Source: Macrostomum lignano (lineage: Eukaryota). Taken from it: DNA of 64,000 nucleotides. Under the pieces are notes generated by a model. The model was not told the DNA's origin. It did no database searches and was given only the letters and a program-made list of their open reading frames with translations. Shown piece after piece: positions 60,701-64,000 of the stretch; within the stretch, counting starts at the first letter, position 1; every line of letters begins with the position of its first letter. The position numbers were made by a program, and so were the translations under genes. The stretch covers positions 186,001-250,000 of the forward strand of contig NIVC01000807.1 in assembly GCA_002269645.1 (NCBI GenBank), read 5' to 3'.

Positions 60701-63506
60701 TTCTCCATCTGTCTGCCTCAATAGAAGGGAGCGAGAGAGGTGGACAAAAGCGATGTAAGAAAGGAGAGGGAATCTGGGTGTGGTTTTTATGCTTGCCAGC
60801 CGGTTTCCCGGACGGGCTGGGCGGCCAAAAGAAGCTGCTGAATGCATGCTCGATAGGTTTAATTATCCCTCATTTACTGCCAATGCAATATTGAGTGGCC
60901 CTGCCCGGTTCACCTAATTCCAAGGACTGCTAGATAGCAATCGGTACTAGTGTAGTCATTGGCCCAGCACGCGATGGATCAAGGCTTATCTACCGATTAA
61001 ATTACCATCAGTGCGTTCTATTCTTTCAGAACTACTCTCTACTGTTCTCAGAAAACGTTGTTACAGTCTGCCCCCTTTCCCGGTATATTTTTATTCTTCA
61101 TTTAAAACCCTCCAAAGAATCTGTTTGATTTTTTGACATTCGAAAGTCGCCCCAATTTAAAGTTGCATAATGTAATCTAACCTGTAACACATGTTTATCA
61201 CTAACTAGCGTATTAGCCCACATACTAATGTACTCAATTCTTCTATCGTTATTATTGACAATATTTCTATTGAAATTATGACGCAGACGTGGGCGTTGGC
61301 CGCTCCTGCTTGCTTGGCTAGCAAAGTCCATTCGTAGAGACAAGAGAATGCTTGGCGTATGGCTTGGCTCGACCACGCCCAACGCTTGTTTGATTGGATT
61401 TGCCCCACTGCTGGATTTTGGATGCATGGACTGAGGGTATAAACTTTTCAATACTGTCACCATGGGCGACTGAACAGCCGTACGCAGCCTTCAGATGCGC
61501 CGCGCAATAGCTGCGGCTGAGCTGTCGGTTGCACATCTAGCCATTAGTGCAGGTGTAATCAATTATTTTTATTTATTAAGATCGTCCCACCGCTTTGCTA
61601 TGACAAGGATATAGATCACAATGGTTCATTCCACCATATCTAGATGGCATGGCACAGAGCATCTCACCTAGGACATAGATCACAATGGTTCATTCCGCCA
61701 TATCTAGATGGCATGGCACAGAGCATCTCACCTAGGATATAGATCACAATGATCCATTCTACAATGCTCGGCGCACCGCCTCTCTCCTGCATTTTCTCCT
61801 CCAGGGTGTCCATGATGAGATCTTCAACCCGGATGGCAGCCAGCACCAGAAAGCCGAGGAATAACATGTAGGAGGCGCTGTGGCAGATAAATTTAATAAA
61901 CGGCTTTCGCATCTTCTGTCCCAGTTCCGATCGAGGCGCCACCATGTAGACCATTGACAGCAGCGGGAAAATCCCGGCAAAGGTGCCAATCATGCCCATT
62001 TGAAAGAACATGTGCTTCCGACGGAAACCGGGTAGGCCTTCGTACCAGAGTGCGGCTAGCAACTGCTGGCAGTGCGGATGGGCCACGAACTGAGGGGTGC
62101 AATTAAAAAAGCACTTGGATAATTCTTTCTGCTATGAAGTTTCATCCATACGCTCAACTGAGCTTGATTCCAACAAAGACTGCGTAAAGACCAGAGACAG
62201 AAACGGGACGGAACGGGACGGAACGGGACGGAACGGGACGGAACGGGACGGAACGGGACGGAACGGGACGGAACGGGACGGAACGGGACGGAACGGGACG
62301 GAACGGGACGGAACGGGACGGAACGGGACGGAACGGGACGGAACGGGACGGAACGGGACGGAACGGGACGGAACGGGACGGAACGGGACGGAACGGGACG
62401 GAACGGGACGGAACGGGACGGAACGGGACGGAACGGGACGGAACGGGACGGAACGGGACGGAACGGGACGGAACGGGACGGAACGGGACGGAACGGGACG
62501 GAACGGGACGGAACGGGACGGAACGGGACGGAACGGGACGGAACGGGACGGAACGGGACGGAACGGGACGGAACGGGACGGAACGGGACGGAACGGGACG
62601 GAACGGGACGGAACGGGACGGAACGGGACGGAACGGGACGGAACGGGACGGAACGGGACGGAACGGGACGGAACGGGACGGAACGGGACGGAACGGGACG
62701 GAACGGGACGGAACGGGACGGAACGGGACGGAACGGGACGGAACGGGACGGAACGGGACGGAACGGGACGGAACGGGACGGAACGGGACGGAACGGGACG
62801 GAACGGGACGGAACGGGACGGAACGGGACGGAACGGGACGGAACGGGACGGAACGGGACGGAACGGGACGGAACGGGACGGAACGGGACGGAACGGGACG
62901 GAACGGGACGGAACGGGACGGAACGGGACGGAACGGGACGGAACGGGACGGAACGGGACGCGTCGAACTAACCTTCTTCTGCTTGTACTTGATGGCCATC
63001 TTGAGTCGGGCCAAGTTCATCCTCTCACCCTCCGTAAGGGTTTTGTCGTTGAGCTTTGCGTTGCCCTGTCCGGCGTCCTGGTTAAGCACGATGGCCAGCT
63101 CCTCGGAACTGCGAGTCTGCTCCAGCAGAGCCGTGGCAAACTTCTGACAATCGGCCGACAGGTTCTCGTACTCCTCGCGGAACTCGTGCTCGAGCCGGCC
63201 GAGTCGGTGCATCTCCCAGCTGAGCTCGAAGGCTGTCAGAATCGGATCCTTGCTAGACAGGGCAATCAGCGACGGGCTGGCCAGGGCTTTGTAGGCGTTG
63301 ATGCGCGATTTCGAGTGCTGCAGACTGTCCTCCTTGTGCGCCCTGACGCAGTCGACGCAAGCGCAGCGCAGTTCGTGCGGCTTGGGTACGCGGTCGCCGC
63401 GGTCCAGCAGCAGCTTGATGATCTCGTAGTTATCGATCTGGGCGGCCAGGATGATCGGCGTGACGTCCGGCGTGAAACTGCTGGACGGTGTTGTGCCGAG
63501 GAGGCC
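51064..63506 (-). CDS. TRPC: TRPC (trp-gamma-like) cation channel, 5'-partial; complement join(63506-62973,62089-61732,60154-60015,56175-55802,54308-54208,53055-52961,52880-52686,52605-52564,52490-52307,51713-51064)
   Basis: [12 protein letters not shown]; [10 protein letters not shown] (TRP_2 zinc site); [15 protein letters not shown]; [25 protein letters not shown]; [15 protein letters not shown]; pore [17 protein letters not shown]; S6 [11 protein letters not shown]; TRP box EWKFAR; [13 protein letters not shown]; C-terminal coiled coil [21 protein letters not shown]. All junctions are phase-consistent (2673 nt). The N-terminal ankyrin exons are not in the window. Confidence 0.95.
51826..52115. 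repeat. 16-bp minisatellite (taagctacatgttccc)n
   Basis: About 18 units; same unit as 57598-59990. Confidence 0.97.
52307..52490 (-). CDS. TRPC: TRPC exon (C-terminal coiled coil)
   Basis: ccctcag|TCG; VMRDLIKRY; A|gtaagg. Confidence 0.9.
52564..52605 (-). CDS. TRPC: TRPC 42-nt exon ([14 protein letters not shown])
   Basis: ctgttgcag|AAA...CAG|gtgaag; phase 0/0. Confidence 0.85.
52686..52880 (-). CDS. TRPC: TRPC exon (TRP box)
   Basis: ctgcag|GCC; [14 protein letters not shown]; CGG|gtaaga. Confidence 0.95.
52961..53055 (-). CDS. TRPC: TRPC exon (S6)
   Basis: ctcccgcag|GC...GTG|gtacgt. Confidence 0.93.
53060..54018. repeat. 32/33-bp minisatellite (gagagtgacgggtgagactgactctcggactgt)n filling a TRPC intron up to the acceptor
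   Basis: About 29 units. Confidence 0.97.
54208..54308 (-). CDS. TRPC: TRPC exon (pore helix)
   Basis: ccccacag|T...G|gtaatg. Confidence 0.93.
54760..54980. repeat. Degenerate about 30-bp minisatellite, reverse-complement relative of 16530-17000
   Basis: catgagccttgacatcttagcaattcc units. Confidence 0.75.
55218..55490. repeat. 16-bp minisatellite (tctagtctctccctca)n
   Basis: About 17 units. Confidence 0.95.
55802..56175 (-). CDS. TRPC: TRPC exon (S4-S5)
   Basis: catccag|GTG...AA|gtgagt; [17 protein letters not shown]. Confidence 0.95.
56242..56692. repeat. 24-bp minisatellite (ctacttctgtagctgacggttgcc)n
   Basis: About 18 units. Confidence 0.95.
57598..59990. repeat. Large 16-bp satellite (taagctacatgttccc)n with higher-order structure
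   Basis: About 150 units. Confidence 0.98.
60015..60154 (-). CDS. TRPC: TRPC exon (S2-S3)
   Basis: cccacag|GC; [15 protein letters not shown]; AGG|gtgagt. Confidence 0.95.
61468..61580 (+). mobile_element. 3' tail fragment of the same SINE/LINE family as 63636-63750
   Basis: ctgaacagccgtacgcagccttcagatgcgccgcgcaatagctgcggctgagctgtcggttgcacatc...aatcaattatttt is nearly identical to the reverse complement of 63636-63750. Confidence 0.75.
61606..61759. repeat. 64-bp tandem duplication spanning a TRPC exon/intron junction
   Basis: atctcacctagga occurs with its donor at 61667 and at 61731; a third partial copy is at about 61606-61632. Confidence 0.9.
61732..62089 (-). CDS. TRPC: TRPC exon (pre-S1, S1, start of S2)
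   Basis: cccctcag|TTCGTGGCC...CTAG|gtgaga. Confidence 0.95.
62201..62960. repeat. 10-bp array (gaacgggacg)n, essentially perfect
   Basis: 75 exact units plus one variant. Confidence 0.98.
62973..63506 (-). CDS. TRPC: TRPC exon (last ankyrin, TRP_2 domain)
   Basis: gaccgcag|GGC...AAG|gttagt. Confidence 0.95.
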
Positions 63507-63635
63507 CTGCGGTCAGAGGAGCGGAGGCTGTTGGTGGTTTCATGGACAGGTCAACTGAAGTAAAAGACGCTAGGCTCGCAGATATTGTGAATTTTGCTGT
63601 AGGCCGATTTTCACGGTGAAATGCATCAACTTAAT

Positions 63636-63958
63636 AATATAAAATAATAATTGATTATACCTGCCCTAATGGTCAGATGTGCAACCGACAGCTCAGCCGC
63701 AGCTATTGCGCGGCGCGGCGCATCTAAAGGCTGCGTACGGCTGTTCAGTCCAAGGACTGGGGGGGGGGGGGCGGCGTCGCCACACACACCATCAGTTACC
63801 CCAGCTAATGCTGGCACCCATTTTACAGCTGGGTGAACTGAAGCAATGCAGAGTTAAGTTCCGTGATCAAGGACACAAATTGCTCCTAGTGAGTCGAGAA
63901 TCGAACTCCCGACCTTTCAGTCGTGAGTCCGACGCTCCAACCACCAGGCTACAACCCC
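63636..63958 (-). mobile_element. tRNA-derived SINE with CORE-like central domain
   Basis: Reverse complement: A-box tagcctggtgg, B-box gagttcgattc, then gtgtccttgatcacggaacttaac...cttcagttcacccagctgtaaaatggg (CORE-like), then an AT-rich tail. Confidence 0.75.
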
Positions 63959-64000
63959 ATATCTTGAGATAAGATGATTGAAGATTTTTAGCACTAAACA

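Noticed and set aside
62097-63563. 488-aa plus-strand ORF and the [10 protein letters not shown] extension of the TRPC exon
   Set aside because: 10-mer array plus antisense shadow of the TRPC exon; a canonical donor lies at 62972.

Overview
Eukaryotic (invertebrate animal) genomic DNA, so the supplied unspliced ORF track is mostly misleading. The GC/CAG-rich exons and minisatellite-stuffed introns suggest a Macrostomum-like flatworm, but that is inference only. I assembled four spliced genes by hand, with phase-consistent GT-AG junctions. (1) A 7-cadherin-repeat protocadherin (+, 18961-34165, 7 coding exons, about 1204 aa). (2) A pyruvate-dehydrogenase-phosphatase-like PP2C protein (-, 39072-36148, 4 exons, about 497 aa) whose metal-binding motifs are degenerate, making it a probable pseudophosphatase. 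(3) Cytosolic carboxypeptidase 5, AGBL5 (+, 41939-48916, 6 exons, about 929 aa). (4) The 3' ten exons of a TRPC/trp-gamma-like channel (-, 63506-51064), whose N-terminus lies beyond the window. Roughly a quarter of the window is tandem repeat (about 25 distinct arrays, many abutting splice sites). There are also 6-7 copies of a tRNA-headed SINE family with a shared central box, a CORE-like SINE, and two hAT-type MITEs carrying GA/CT microsatellites. No rRNA, intact tRNA or CRISPR array is supported. The most interesting observations are the putative dead PDP, tandem repeats made of amplified splice-site sequence, and the modular SINE family.
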